Counted from the first letter of the stretch, positions 17,912 through 25,945 are shown. The stretch: DNA of 32,000 bases from Planctomycetales bacterium (GCA_022646745.1 CP060262.1:3780001-3812000); one strand, 5' to 3'. A program made the numbers and translations. The notes: a model not told the origin generated them from the letters alone.

Positions 17912-19411
17912 TTATCCTCCTTGAGACTCAGAATAAGGGAACCACCAATCGCGCTTTGCTTCAGTAGTTAACTCCAATGAAATATGCTTTGGACGGCAAT
18001 ACTGCCTGATTGCATGCTGTGAAAGCTCAAATCCAACTCCACTTTGCTTAGTTCCACCCCAAGCTGCCTGTGGGAACGCCACGTTGATGTCATTTATCCA
18101 GACCATCCCAACTTCTAGCTTTCTTGCCACGCTCTCAGCCAACGATAAATTAGAACTCCACACTGAAGCCCCAAGGCCATAATTGCTAGAATTGGACTTT
18201 ATAACTGCTTCATCAATAGTATCGAAGACATTTATAGGCATTACGGGTCCGAAACACTCCTCAGTCATAATACGCGACGTTTCAGGAACATCTGAAAGAA
18301 TTGTTGGAATATAGAAATTTCCATCTAAGCTCAGATTCTGACTTCCCCCATGTAATAACTCTGCACCGTTAGTAATGGCATCAGCAACAAAGTCTTTTAC
18401 AGAGTCCATTTGCTTGCCTGATATCAGAGGACCAATATCAACTCCTAGCCTAAGTTGAGCAGTCTTCTCAACAGCGGACTTAATAAACTCTTGTGCAATA
18501 CTGCGATGTACAAAAACTCGCTTCGGCCTGACACAAACTTGACCTGCATTGCAGAACGCCCCCCAAACTAGCCCATTTGTTGCTAATTCCACATCAGCAT
18601 CAGCCAACACTATTGCTGCGTCATTTCCACTAAGTTCTAGGTTGTACTTACAAAGTCGAGATGCACAATGTGACGCGATCTCAAGTCCCACTGGCACACT
18701 ACCGGTGAAGCTAACTACATTAACTCCAGGATGTCTGGCCAATACAGCGCCTGTTGTGCCGTCTCCGAGAACCATGTTGACAACACCTGGTGGAAAACCA
18801 GCCAACTCAAACAATCCAACGAGAAAACTTGCAGTTTCGGAGGAGTGCTCCGACGGTTTCAGAATTACGGTATTCCCTGCAACCAATGCAGGGCCAATAG
18901 ACCAAACAATCAATTCCAATGGGTAATTCCAAGCCTTGATTAAGGCTACTACTCCGAGAGGCTCCCACTGGTGCTTACTTTTCTTACTCGGCCAGATAGT
19001 TTCATCTAATTCAAGAATTTCATCCGTAATTTCACTTTCGGCAACCTGCACCATGTACCTAAACATGTCTACACTTTCCATCACTTCTATATCTGCTTCA
19101 GCAAAAACTTTGCCCACTTCTCTTGTGATCAACTTCTTCAAATCTGTTCTTTCAGAGGGAGACACAAATTGCTCATCAAGCAAATCTGCCACCTTATCCA
19201 AGTAGGAACACCGTTCGACAACCGATAGGGATTGCCACGCAGGAAGAGCTGCCTTTGCGGCGGCGACAGCCTCGTTAATCTCAATTAAACCGCCTATTGG
19301 GAGCTGTGACTTGGGCTCTCCACCTCCTGGCAGTTCGATCTGAACCCAATCAACCTCTGTACCCGAGGTCCAATTGCTATTGATAAAATGGCGTAGATGC
19401 TTGCGTTGCAT
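17912..19411 (-). CDS. NAD(P)-dependent aldehyde dehydrogenase family protein.
   Basis: ALDH signatures are present: LELSGNDAAIV (general-base Glu motif), FCNAGQVCV (catalytic Cys), EECFGPVMP and GTKQSGVG. Length is 499 aa. Confidence 0.9.
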   Translation of the reverse strand: MQRKHLRHFINSNWTSGTEVDWVQIELPGGGEPKSQLPIGGLIEINEAVAAAKAALPAWQSLSVVERCSYLDKVADLLDEQFVSPSERTDLKKLITREVGKVFAEADIEVMESVDMFRYMVQVAESEITDEILELDETIWPSKKSKHQWEPLGVVALIKAWNYPLELIVWSIGPALVAGNTVILKPSEHSSETASFLVGLFELAGFPPGVVNMVLGDGTTGAVLARHPGVNVVSFTGSVPVGLEIASHCASRLCKYNLELSGNDAAIVLADADVELATNGLVWGAFCNAGQVCVRPKRVFVHRSIAQEFIKSAVEKTAQLRLGVDIGPLISGKQMDSVKDFVADAITNGAELLHGGSQNLSLDGNFYIPTILSDVPETSRIMTEECFGPVMPINVFDTIDEAVIKSNSSNYGLGASVWSSNLSLAESVARKLEVGMVWINDINVAFPQAAWGGTKQSGVGFELSQHAIRQYCRPKHISLELTTEAKRDWWFPYSESQGG

Positions 19412-19417
19412 ACTGCT

Positions 19418-19423
19418 ATTATA
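19418..19423 (-). promoter_or_regulatory. Perfect -10 hexamer positioned for a leaderless ALDH mRNA.
   Basis: The minus strand reads TATAAT (19423-19418), then 6 nt (agcagt), then the ATG at 19411. There is no SD and the -35 is weak. Confidence 0.3.
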
Positions 19424-19495
19424 CTGTATGTGCCCACCGAAGGCGAGTAAGCCTCTTCACGCTTCGGAGGTTAGTTGTAATAATTGGTGATAGAT

Positions 19496-22270
19496 ATGTC
19501 AAATGTCAGAAAATTGGCGCACATCCTACACTTGTCTGATATTCAGTTTGGAAAATTTCATCGATTTCCAAATGGTTCAAATCGTGTTCAAAGCCATCAA
19601 GACTTAGATACAACGCCTTTATCTGAACGATTAGTCGAAGATATTGAGAAATTATCAAGTGTGTACAATATTCAGCCAAACTTTCTGATCTTAAGCGGCG
19701 ATGTAGCTGAATGGGGTCTTATGCGTGAGTTTGAAATGTGCAAACACCTTATTGAGGCACTAATCGCGTCCAGCTCGACAGATCTTCAGCCTGAACGAGT
19801 GATTATAGTACCAGGTAATCACGACATCAACAGAGACCTGTGTCAAGCATATTTTCTTGAATGCAAGGCAAATCAAGCCGAACCTGAACTACCTTATTTG
19901 CCAAAGTTCAGGTTCTATGATAACTTTGTAAACTCTGCTCCATCATTCTTTTCATCAGCAACCGGTGATAGAAATCCAGTAGTTTCTAATTACATACAGG
20001 ATTTTGGCCTTATTGTCACGGCATTCAACTCTTGTCTTAAAGAAAGTCATAAGCCTGAAGATCATGTTGGCTATATCGGTAGGCAGAATGTCCGACAAGC
20101 CATTAAAAAGATACAAGAGTTAGATCGAGAACATCAAGCGATTCGGATTGCTGTTCTTCATCATAATGTTATTAGGAATAGTGGAGAAGATAATCAGCAC
20201 CTTATAGACTGGAACGAGGTTCGAAGAGATATGTTATCTACATTCGATATCATTCTTCATGGTCACCGTCATCATGCTGAGCACCAGATATTGCAACTCC
20301 CTCAATCTCACCACGTTCTCATCTCTGGTGCCGGTAGTGTTGGACTATCTTTGAATCAAACATCAGGTATTCAAAATCATTATCAGCTAATTTCTATAGA
20401 ACAGGATATTGCAACTATTAGGGGACGTACTTACGAACTGCGTGGGGCAAGAGCAAACGAAACCTATGGGGAATTTACTGCCAAATTTGAGCAGGGATCG
20501 GAAGTCGTCGAAGTGAAACTGCGTAACTCCTTATCAGCGAACACCACTTCACAGGCAAGTTCAACAATTGATATCAGAGAATATTTAAACAACTCTAGTA
20601 AGTCTTTGCAAAGCGTAATTGAAAGGTCTTTAGACAGGATTGGCTCACACATTCCGTTGGAATGTGATTTGATATTATCAGGTGGCAAACGACAAGATCC
20701 TAGTGGTTCATTTAGTCTAGAAGAGTATTTTAACGATTGGTTAGGCAACACAAGCAATAGGCTTATATTGATTGCGGGTGCGGGCGGTGGAAAAACAACC
20801 TTTGCAGTCAATGCTGCCAAGCTACTTTCTACCAACTATTTAGATACCAATTCGGGAATTATTCCCATATACATAGATTTAAGTCTCTATAATTCTGAAG
20901 AGAGCATACTATCTATATTACTGGCAAATTTCAGAAGTAAGAGAGTGTCTTGTACCACTGAGGCAGTAAAAGAAGTGCTCGCAACACAAGAGATACTTCT
21001 CTTTTTAGATGCATTTGATGAGTACGATATTGGTCCAACATCAGCTTCATTCATCCGTGAGTTCATTGATTTCCATGAAATAGAAAAACCAAATATTAAA
21101 ATTGTAATCGGTTGTCGAGACAATCACTTCAGGAGTGTTGAAGATATACTAGTTCGTGAATCACGGCAAGGATTTCAATTGTGCCCTGTTTACGCTACAG
21201 TGATTAAATTGAAACCATTATCTTATGAGATAATCAATGAAGTACTCTCGCCATTATTGGGTGAACATAAAGTTTCAACCTGGATATATGATGTTGTATC
21301 CAATCCCTTGACCCTAAAGATGGTGGTATCCCTTCTAAAGTCTGGCAGCATTCAACCTGCCAATTTGTCAACATCTCAATTGACTCGTCATGAGTTGTAT
21401 GAGCAATTCATTACAAATATGATAAATTGGGATTTGCGGAAAAAAACTGCCCCCCATCTTCTTGATCAAAGGAAAATCAGAAAAGTGCTCATTCGAATTG
21501 CTGAAGTGCTGTTGGATCGTGGAGAAGCTTCACTTATGTTAGATCATTTCGACATAGTCGTCGAAGCTGAACTTGGCAAAGAAATTGCATCGAGTGAAAT
21601 CCAATTCCTACATGAACTGGCTGTTCTAGGATATGAAGGGGGAAGAATAAAATTCGTACATAAAGCTTATCGCGAATACTTGTATGCTAGAAAGATTGCC
21701 AATGATATTGCCATTGATGAGCGAGATTTTCAACTTCATTGGTTTACTCGGAATGAACGACACTTCATTGTAGAAATGTTAAGTGAGACAGAGATAGAAA
21801 CATTGTTTGACTGGTTGTCTGACCACGGCAACTGTCCTGCTAGTAACTATGCTGCGTTTATTCTGGGAGGAGTTGCTAAATCCAATGTTGAATCAGCCCT
21901 TAGAATGGCTCTCAACCGGTCGGACGACCCATTGTTAAAAATTAACTGCTGTAACTCATTAGCAGGTCTTGGAGTTTCAGACATATGCTCTCAGTTATTG
22001 GGAGCTGTTGCTGGTCATGCATTGGAGGAGGGGTTAATTGATCAAATGCCTGAACAAGGTTCTGAGGAATCAAAGGATTGGTTTAAAGAATTGCAGATAA
22101 AGTATGAGCGACGTTCTGTAATGATTTTACACTTATGTGAAATGATCGAAGCATTAGGTTTTTGTGGTTTGGACTTGTGTAAAAATGTGTTGGACTGTTT
22201 AAAGCTACACGAAAATCAATTGGTTCGAGAGGAAGTAAAATCGACCTCCAATAAGCTGTTAAATTGCTAG
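19496..22270 (+). CDS. STAND NTPase with an N-terminal calcineurin-like metallophosphoesterase, a central NACHT-type P-loop and C-terminal HEAT-like repeats.
   Basis: MPE motifs are HLSDIQFG, SGDVAEWG, VPGNHD, VLHHN and LHGHRHH. The NACHT part has Walker A LIAGAGGGKTTFA (~20776-20799) and Walker B ILLFLDAFDEY. HEAT-like repeats read AAFILGGVAKSNVESALRMALNRSDDPLLKINCCNSLAGLG..VREEV. The ATG at 19496 with GGTGA 5 nt upstream is preferred over the TTG at 19484. Confidence 0.85.
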   Translation: MSNVRKLAHILHLSDIQFGKFHRFPNGSNRVQSHQDLDTTPLSERLVEDIEKLSSVYNIQPNFLILSGDVAEWGLMREFEMCKHLIEALIASSSTDLQPERVIIVPGNHDINRDLCQAYFLECKANQAEPELPYLPKFRFYDNFVNSAPSFFSSATGDRNPVVSNYIQDFGLIVTAFNSCLKESHKPEDHVGYIGRQNVRQAIKKIQELDREHQAIRIAVLHHNVIRNSGEDNQHLIDWNEVRRDMLSTFDIILHGHRHHAEHQILQLPQSHHVLISGAGSVGLSLNQTSGIQNHYQLISIEQDIATIRGRTYELRGARANETYGEFTAKFEQGSEVVEVKLRNSLSANTTSQASSTIDIREYLNNSSKSLQSVIERSLDRIGSHIPLECDLILSGGKRQDPSGSFSLEEYFNDWLGNTSNRLILIAGAGGGKTTFAVNAAKLLSTNYLDTNSGIIPIYIDLSLYNSEESILSILLANFRSKRVSCTTEAVKEVLATQEILLFLDAFDEYDIGPTSASFIREFIDFHEIEKPNIKIVIGCRDNHFRSVEDILVRESRQGFQLCPVYATVIKLKPLSYEIINEVLSPLLGEHKVSTWIYDVVSNPLTLKMVVSLLKSGSIQPANLSTSQLTRHELYEQFITNMINWDLRKKTAPHLLDQRKIRKVLIRIAEVLLDRGEASLMLDHFDIVVEAELGKEIASSEIQFLHELAVLGYEGGRIKFVHKAYREYLYARKIANDIAIDERDFQLHWFTRNERHFIVEMLSETEIETLFDWLSDHGNCPASNYAAFILGGVAKSNVESALRMALNRSDDPLLKINCCNSLAGLGVSDICSQLLGAVAGHALEEGLIDQMPEQGSEESKDWFKELQIKYERRSVMILHLCEMIEALGFCGLDLCKNVLDCLKLHENQLVREEVKSTSNKLLNC

Positions 22271-22599
22271 CGGACATCCATTGTGAAAGAACACGAAGGA
22301 CAATCTATATGCTTCGGGTGATGCAGACACTTAGGACAACGACCGTAGTAATTACCAGGGCGAGAGTATCCGCATTCACACTTCCAAGCCCCCAACAGTT
22401 CTATTGTATGCCCGCAGAAGCGACAAACCAAATGTTCATGTGCCAGTTGCCGGAACCGGCGAGTAGCTGGAACCCTCATGCAGATGTAGTCATACAGGTA
22501 TAGAAAGAAGCGAGACCACAGGATTCCAGACGCAATTTCCCAGAAAGACTTGAGCCCCTTCTGGGCTTCCTGCACTCCATGTTGAATCGGATCAGCCAT
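22267..22599 (-). CDS. Small Cys-rich (4x CxxC-type) double zinc-ribbon protein with a hydrophobic N-terminal segment.
   Basis: The Cys pairs are CRFCGH..CECGY..CPKC..CPSC. The ATG at 22599 is preceded by GAGG at 8-nt spacing. It overlaps the Replic_Relax stop by 8 nt. Confidence 0.6.
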   Translation of the reverse strand: MADPIQHGVQEAQKGLKSFWEIASGILWSRFFLYLYDYICMRVPATRRFRQLAHEHLVCRFCGHTIELLGAWKCECGYSRPGNYYGRCPKCLHHPKHIDCPSCSFTMDVR

Positions 22600-23554
22600 T
22601 GTCAAACCTCAGTGCATCCAGCAGACTCAAGCGTTTGATATCAGTAATCTCGGCCTGCTTTAGCACCTGCTCATTGCGTAACCTGTACAGGTCAGTCCCA
22701 CGCACCCACAGCTTGGCTAGTGCGGAGTCTGGTGCAATCCCATCAAAGGTCGTAAACCAATACCCACGCCTGCCGCCAGAGGCGACTGTTTTTTCCGCGA
22801 TGGAGACCAGCCGCTTCTCGCTGGTGGTTACGGTTAGCAGTATAGCCCAGTGTGAATGCCACTTGGCTTCCAATTGCGCACTTTGCGTAAATTCTCGATA
22901 GACCTCTACCTTTTCCTGCCAGCGTCCGGTGGACATAGTACCCCGATCAACCTCAATGAAGTACACGCCATGCTCTCCCTCTGGTGGTTGCAGAAGTAGA
23001 ATCGCATCTGGGATGACTGACTTGTTGCGCCGGTGGCCGTCCTTGTCCATGAGCTGGACTGTCAGCTTGTGTTGCTTTGGATCTCCGCGAATGATGAGGA
23101 AGTCCTTCAGTTCGCCCTGGCTCTTGGCTCTGGTCAGTGCATGCTGGTACGAGATGAGCATGTCATTGATAGCAAGCAGGTGCTGGATATGAGTCGGTTG
23201 AACCTTGTTGAGATACCTGTTCCACTTTATTTGCTTGCGGTCTACGCCGTCATGTTCAGCCAGAAGGCCAGCACCTTTCTCGGTCATGGCATAAATCAAC
23301 CCTTCCTGTGAGGAAGAGACTGGGAGCTGGATTCTGTCGAGGTAGCCGTGATGGTAGAGATAGCGTAGGCGGACAGTCAGGTTCTTCTCGCTCGAATCAG
23401 GAAACAGCCACCAGACCTGCCGGGTGGAGAGGAATCGGTTTGAAAGCACTGCATGGAGTATCTCAAAGTCCCGCTCCACCAATGTGAAGCGAGGCGGATT
23501 CTTTGCCCGCTTTGTTCTCGGCAACCTTTTATCATTAGGTTTTTCTGGTGACAT
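22592..23554 (-). CDS. Replication-relaxation (Replic_Relax) family protein.
   Basis: The N-terminal wHTH-like region reads FTLVERDFEILHAVLSNRFLSTRQVWWLFP..LTVRLRYLYHHGYLDR..IYAMTEKGAGLL. It is followed by IPDAILLL..VYFIEVDRGT, typical of this plasmid/ICE family as I recall it. Confidence 0.75.
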   Translation of the reverse strand: MSPEKPNDKRLPRTKRAKNPPRFTLVERDFEILHAVLSNRFLSTRQVWWLFPDSSEKNLTVRLRYLYHHGYLDRIQLPVSSSQEGLIYAMTEKGAGLLAEHDGVDRKQIKWNRYLNKVQPTHIQHLLAINDMLISYQHALTRAKSQGELKDFLIIRGDPKQHKLTVQLMDKDGHRRNKSVIPDAILLLQPPEGEHGVYFIEVDRGTMSTGRWQEKVEVYREFTQSAQLEAKWHSHWAILLTVTTSEKRLVSIAEKTVASGGRRGYWFTTFDGIAPDSALAKLWVRGTDLYRLRNEQVLKQAEITDIKRLSLLDALRFDNG

Positions 23555-23577
23555 ATCTTAATAATACAAGAGTCAAG

Positions 23578-24798
23578 CTATCGCCAGACCCTTGCAGATG
23601 AAGCATCAAAATAGTGAAGATTCATACCTACTTCTCGTTTTGTGCCTTTTGCCGAGCCAGAACTTTGTCTTAGTCTATAATTCTGCGCGGCGCGTTTCTG
23701 GTTGAGTAACTCTCGAAGTGAAGCTATTCTATTTGCTTCATGAATGATTTGTTGATTCTCTGGAGCATTGCAGTCTCCATACAACCCGATAAACAACTCC
23801 TTGATTCGTCCATAAGCAATTGCATGTCTGATATGCTCATCATTGTCTTTGAAGGCTACTCCATAAGCAAACAATGACCCCGCTGCTTTGTTGCAGAAAC
23901 TTGAGAACGACCGAGCTAGATATGCATTGTGCAGGATTCTCTCACGCTTCTGTTCGTATTCTCCTTCACTCACTATAACGGGGTACTCTCCGTCAGCTAG
24001 CGCAGATGTTATCTGCGTGTGCAACGGCACATGTGTGCGACTCCAAGTTAACTTCTTGACTCTTTGCCCAGTATCAAACAAGTGTAAAGCCCCATGCAGG
24101 TACACAATGTCACAATCGTGACTACTTCCTAAATCCCACTCAACATAGTTCGTGTCTCCTTCTTCAGGTTCTCTGAATCCATCTCTGCAATTCAATCGTC
24201 CCTCTGCTTTCATGTATGTCCAGTAAAGCAGTAAGTCATAATTCAGAGAATATTTTGTGCCATTAAAATTTCCCAAAAAGCTTATACAACTTTCGTATTC
24301 TGTATCTTTGATATCAGTCGGCAGCGCTGGGTGTCTTTGAGTAATAGTATCTACTAGAATCCTCTGTAAGTTCTTTTCGTCTTCTTTTAGTTTGTTGACA
24401 AGCAACAGATTGGCTGGTTCATATAATTCAACTAGCTGGGCAGCATTCCTGATGTTGCGCATAACTACTTCAAAGTCAGTGGTATTCAATTCGTCAAAAG
24501 TCTTGCGTAACTCACCCTGAAGCTTCCCTGATTCAGTTGCTTCATCAAGTAGAGACCCATAATTAAACAGTTTGGGATTAAGAGCAAGACTGAACCCATT
24601 CCCCATTAGCAAATGTCTCTTGCCTTTGGATTCAGCGATATTCAACGCATTCTCAAATGACAGCACTTTCACTGATTCATTCATAGTCTTAAAAAGACTA
24701 GCATAAGCTAAGCCAGCCCGTCTTATGACCGGCTGACCTGCTTGCAGTAATCCTATGGGAATAACTTGAGCGCGGAATGCTCGCTTAAGCCTCATCAT
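23578..24798 (-). CDS. DUF4917 family protein (SIR2-like Rossmann fold, putative NAD-binding/NADase).
   Basis: LLMGNGFSLA, SLNYDLLLYW and VYLHGALHLF recapitulate the GxGxS / NYD / HG triad of SIR2-like domains and the DUF4917 pattern. The long start (24798) forms an ATGA overlap with the upstream gene. An alternative ATG at 24684 (MNESVKV) would give 368 aa. Confidence 0.75.
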   Translation of the reverse strand: MMRLKRAFRAQVIPIGLLQAGQPVIRRAGLAYASLFKTMNESVKVLSFENALNIAESKGKRHLLMGNGFSLALNPKLFNYGSLLDEATESGKLQGELRKTFDELNTTDFEVVMRNIRNAAQLVELYEPANLLLVNKLKEDEKNLQRILVDTITQRHPALPTDIKDTEYESCISFLGNFNGTKYSLNYDLLLYWTYMKAEGRLNCRDGFREPEEGDTNYVEWDLGSSHDCDIVYLHGALHLFDTGQRVKKLTWSRTHVPLHTQITSALADGEYPVIVSEGEYEQKRERILHNAYLARSFSSFCNKAAGSLFAYGVAFKDNDEHIRHAIAYGRIKELFIGLYGDCNAPENQQIIHEANRIASLRELLNQKRAAQNYRLRQSSGSAKGTKREVGMNLHYFDASSARVWR

Positions 24799-25286
24799 CC
24801 ATTGAGTTTCGCTTCCAGCTCCTTGATTCGCATCGTAGCTTGCTTTTGTGACATCTTGGAGATTACGGAGTAATCCGGTTCCTCTCCCAGTTGCCGGTGG
24901 AGGTAGCCCATGTAGCGGAGCTGTTTGTGTGTCAGCTCACGACCTGGGCTTCCTTTGACTTCATCCTCGCCGGCAGCTTCCCGCCGGTTAGGCTTCGGGT
25001 TGGAATCTGGTTCGACCACCTCGAACTTCTTCTTGCTCATGTATGGCCGACCGTTGATGTTGGTAACGTCAACGGCATCGAGGAAGCTCTGAACCCTGCG
25101 GTTCAGATTGGCTTCCACTTCCTTGAAGCATTCCATCGGAGTATCTTCCGTGACCTCAAAATCGTCTGAGACGACCTTGGCCAGGTAGAGCAGCATCGGA
25201 TTGACATCTTCAGCTGCCATCCCGAACATGTCAGGTCTGTGAAGGATGCCGAAACGAATAGCATGCTTGAGATCCTCATGCTGCAC
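24795..25286 (-). CDS. Hypothetical protein with a C-terminal DUF3072-like helix.
   Basis: The C-terminal LTHKQLRYMGYLHRQLGEEPDYSVISKMSQKQATMRIKELEAKL resembles the DUF3072 pattern (xQxxYLxxL..E....LTKAEASxxIdeL). It overlaps the DUF2958 gene by 11 nt. Confidence 0.6.
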   Translation of the reverse strand: MQHEDLKHAIRFGILHRPDMFGMAAEDVNPMLLYLAKVVSDDFEVTEDTPMECFKEVEANLNRRVQSFLDAVDVTNINGRPYMSKKKFEVVEPDSNPKPNRREAAGEDEVKGSPGRELTHKQLRYMGYLHRQLGEEPDYSVISKMSQKQATMRIKELEAKLNG

Positions 25287-25623
25287 GTTCTTTTTCCTCC
25301 ATCAGCTTATCCAGGGTGATCGGTTCCCAGTACAGGTCACGCTCGACTGGCAGGCCGAGCTTGCCCCGCACCCTCTCCAGCTCCGAGAGCCAGAAGTAAC
25401 CGAGTTCGACTTCGAGACCATCCACGAGGCCGAAGAACTGCACGTCGCCGGACTCTTCGTCCTGGCTGGCAGACACCGCATACCAAGTCCAGTTGGCATC
25501 TGGTGTAAACCACTTCGCCAGGACAAGTTCCTCATCCTTGCGCAGTTCGCGACCGGGGCCGGTCGGATGATACGGGTCCTGCGCCTGTAGTTTGCGCAGG
25601 AGATCTTTAGGCAGCAGCTTCAT
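25276..25623 (-). CDS. DUF2958 domain protein.
   Basis: AKWFTPDANWTWYAVSASQ..VQFFGLVDGLEVELGYFWLSELERVRGKLGLPVERDLYWEP is a close match to the DUF2958 consensus as I remember it. Confidence 0.85.
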   Translation of the reverse strand: MKLLPKDLLRKLQAQDPYHPTGPGRELRKDEELVLAKWFTPDANWTWYAVSASQDEESGDVQFFGLVDGLEVELGYFWLSELERVRGKLGLPVERDLYWEPITLDKLMEEKERAA

Positions 25624-25945
25624 TCTGCTTTACCTCCTTAGAGTATTGGGATTCGAATAGCTCAGCGGCCAGCTGGTCATCTGAGAACAGTTGAAGCTGT
25701 TCTCCGGACATCAGGTCTGGGGCTGAGATGGAAACAAGCTCCAGGCCACAGGGGGCGGGAACTATCTGAAGAGTGAATCCGCAAAGCGTCAGCTCTGCAG
25801 CTTGGGTTGGGACTCCACCGAGATCATCGAGGATCAGGTTTGTGAGATTGCCAAGATGCTCATCGTGGAGTTGTTGGAGCCTGGCTCTGCGACCGTTGTA
25901 CCAACGGCACAGCCAGATCAGGCTCTTGACGTCCTTGATAAGCAA
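25607..25945 (-). CDS. Hypothetical protein (112 aa), first gene of the minus-strand array.
   Basis: The TTG start at 25945 is preceded by a strong AGGAGG at 5-nt spacing. It overlaps the DUF2958 gene by 17 nt. Confidence 0.6.
   Translation of the reverse strand: MLIKDVKSLIWLCRWYNGRRARLQQLHDEHLGNLTNLILDDLGGVPTQAAELTLCGFTLQIVPAPCGLELVSISAPDLMSGEQLQLFSDDQLAAELFESQYSKEVKQNEAAA

Larger units (their letters stand above)
11012..22270. other. Visibly lower-GC block consistent with horizontally acquired cargo (defense genes).
   Basis: Hand counts of sample 60-nt lines give about 40% GC at 12841-12900 and about 62% at 1-60. The shift begins around 10.8-11.0 kb, and composition rises again right of 22.3 kb. 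Confidence 0.6.

Noticed and set aside
24682-24700. The hairpin tagtctt-aaa-aagacta overlapping the alternative DUF4917 start codon, considered as a translational control element.
   Set aside because: It is only a 7-bp A/T-rich stem with a 3-nt loop, and its relevance depends on which start codon is used. It is noted in the DUF4917 finding rather than called as a feature.
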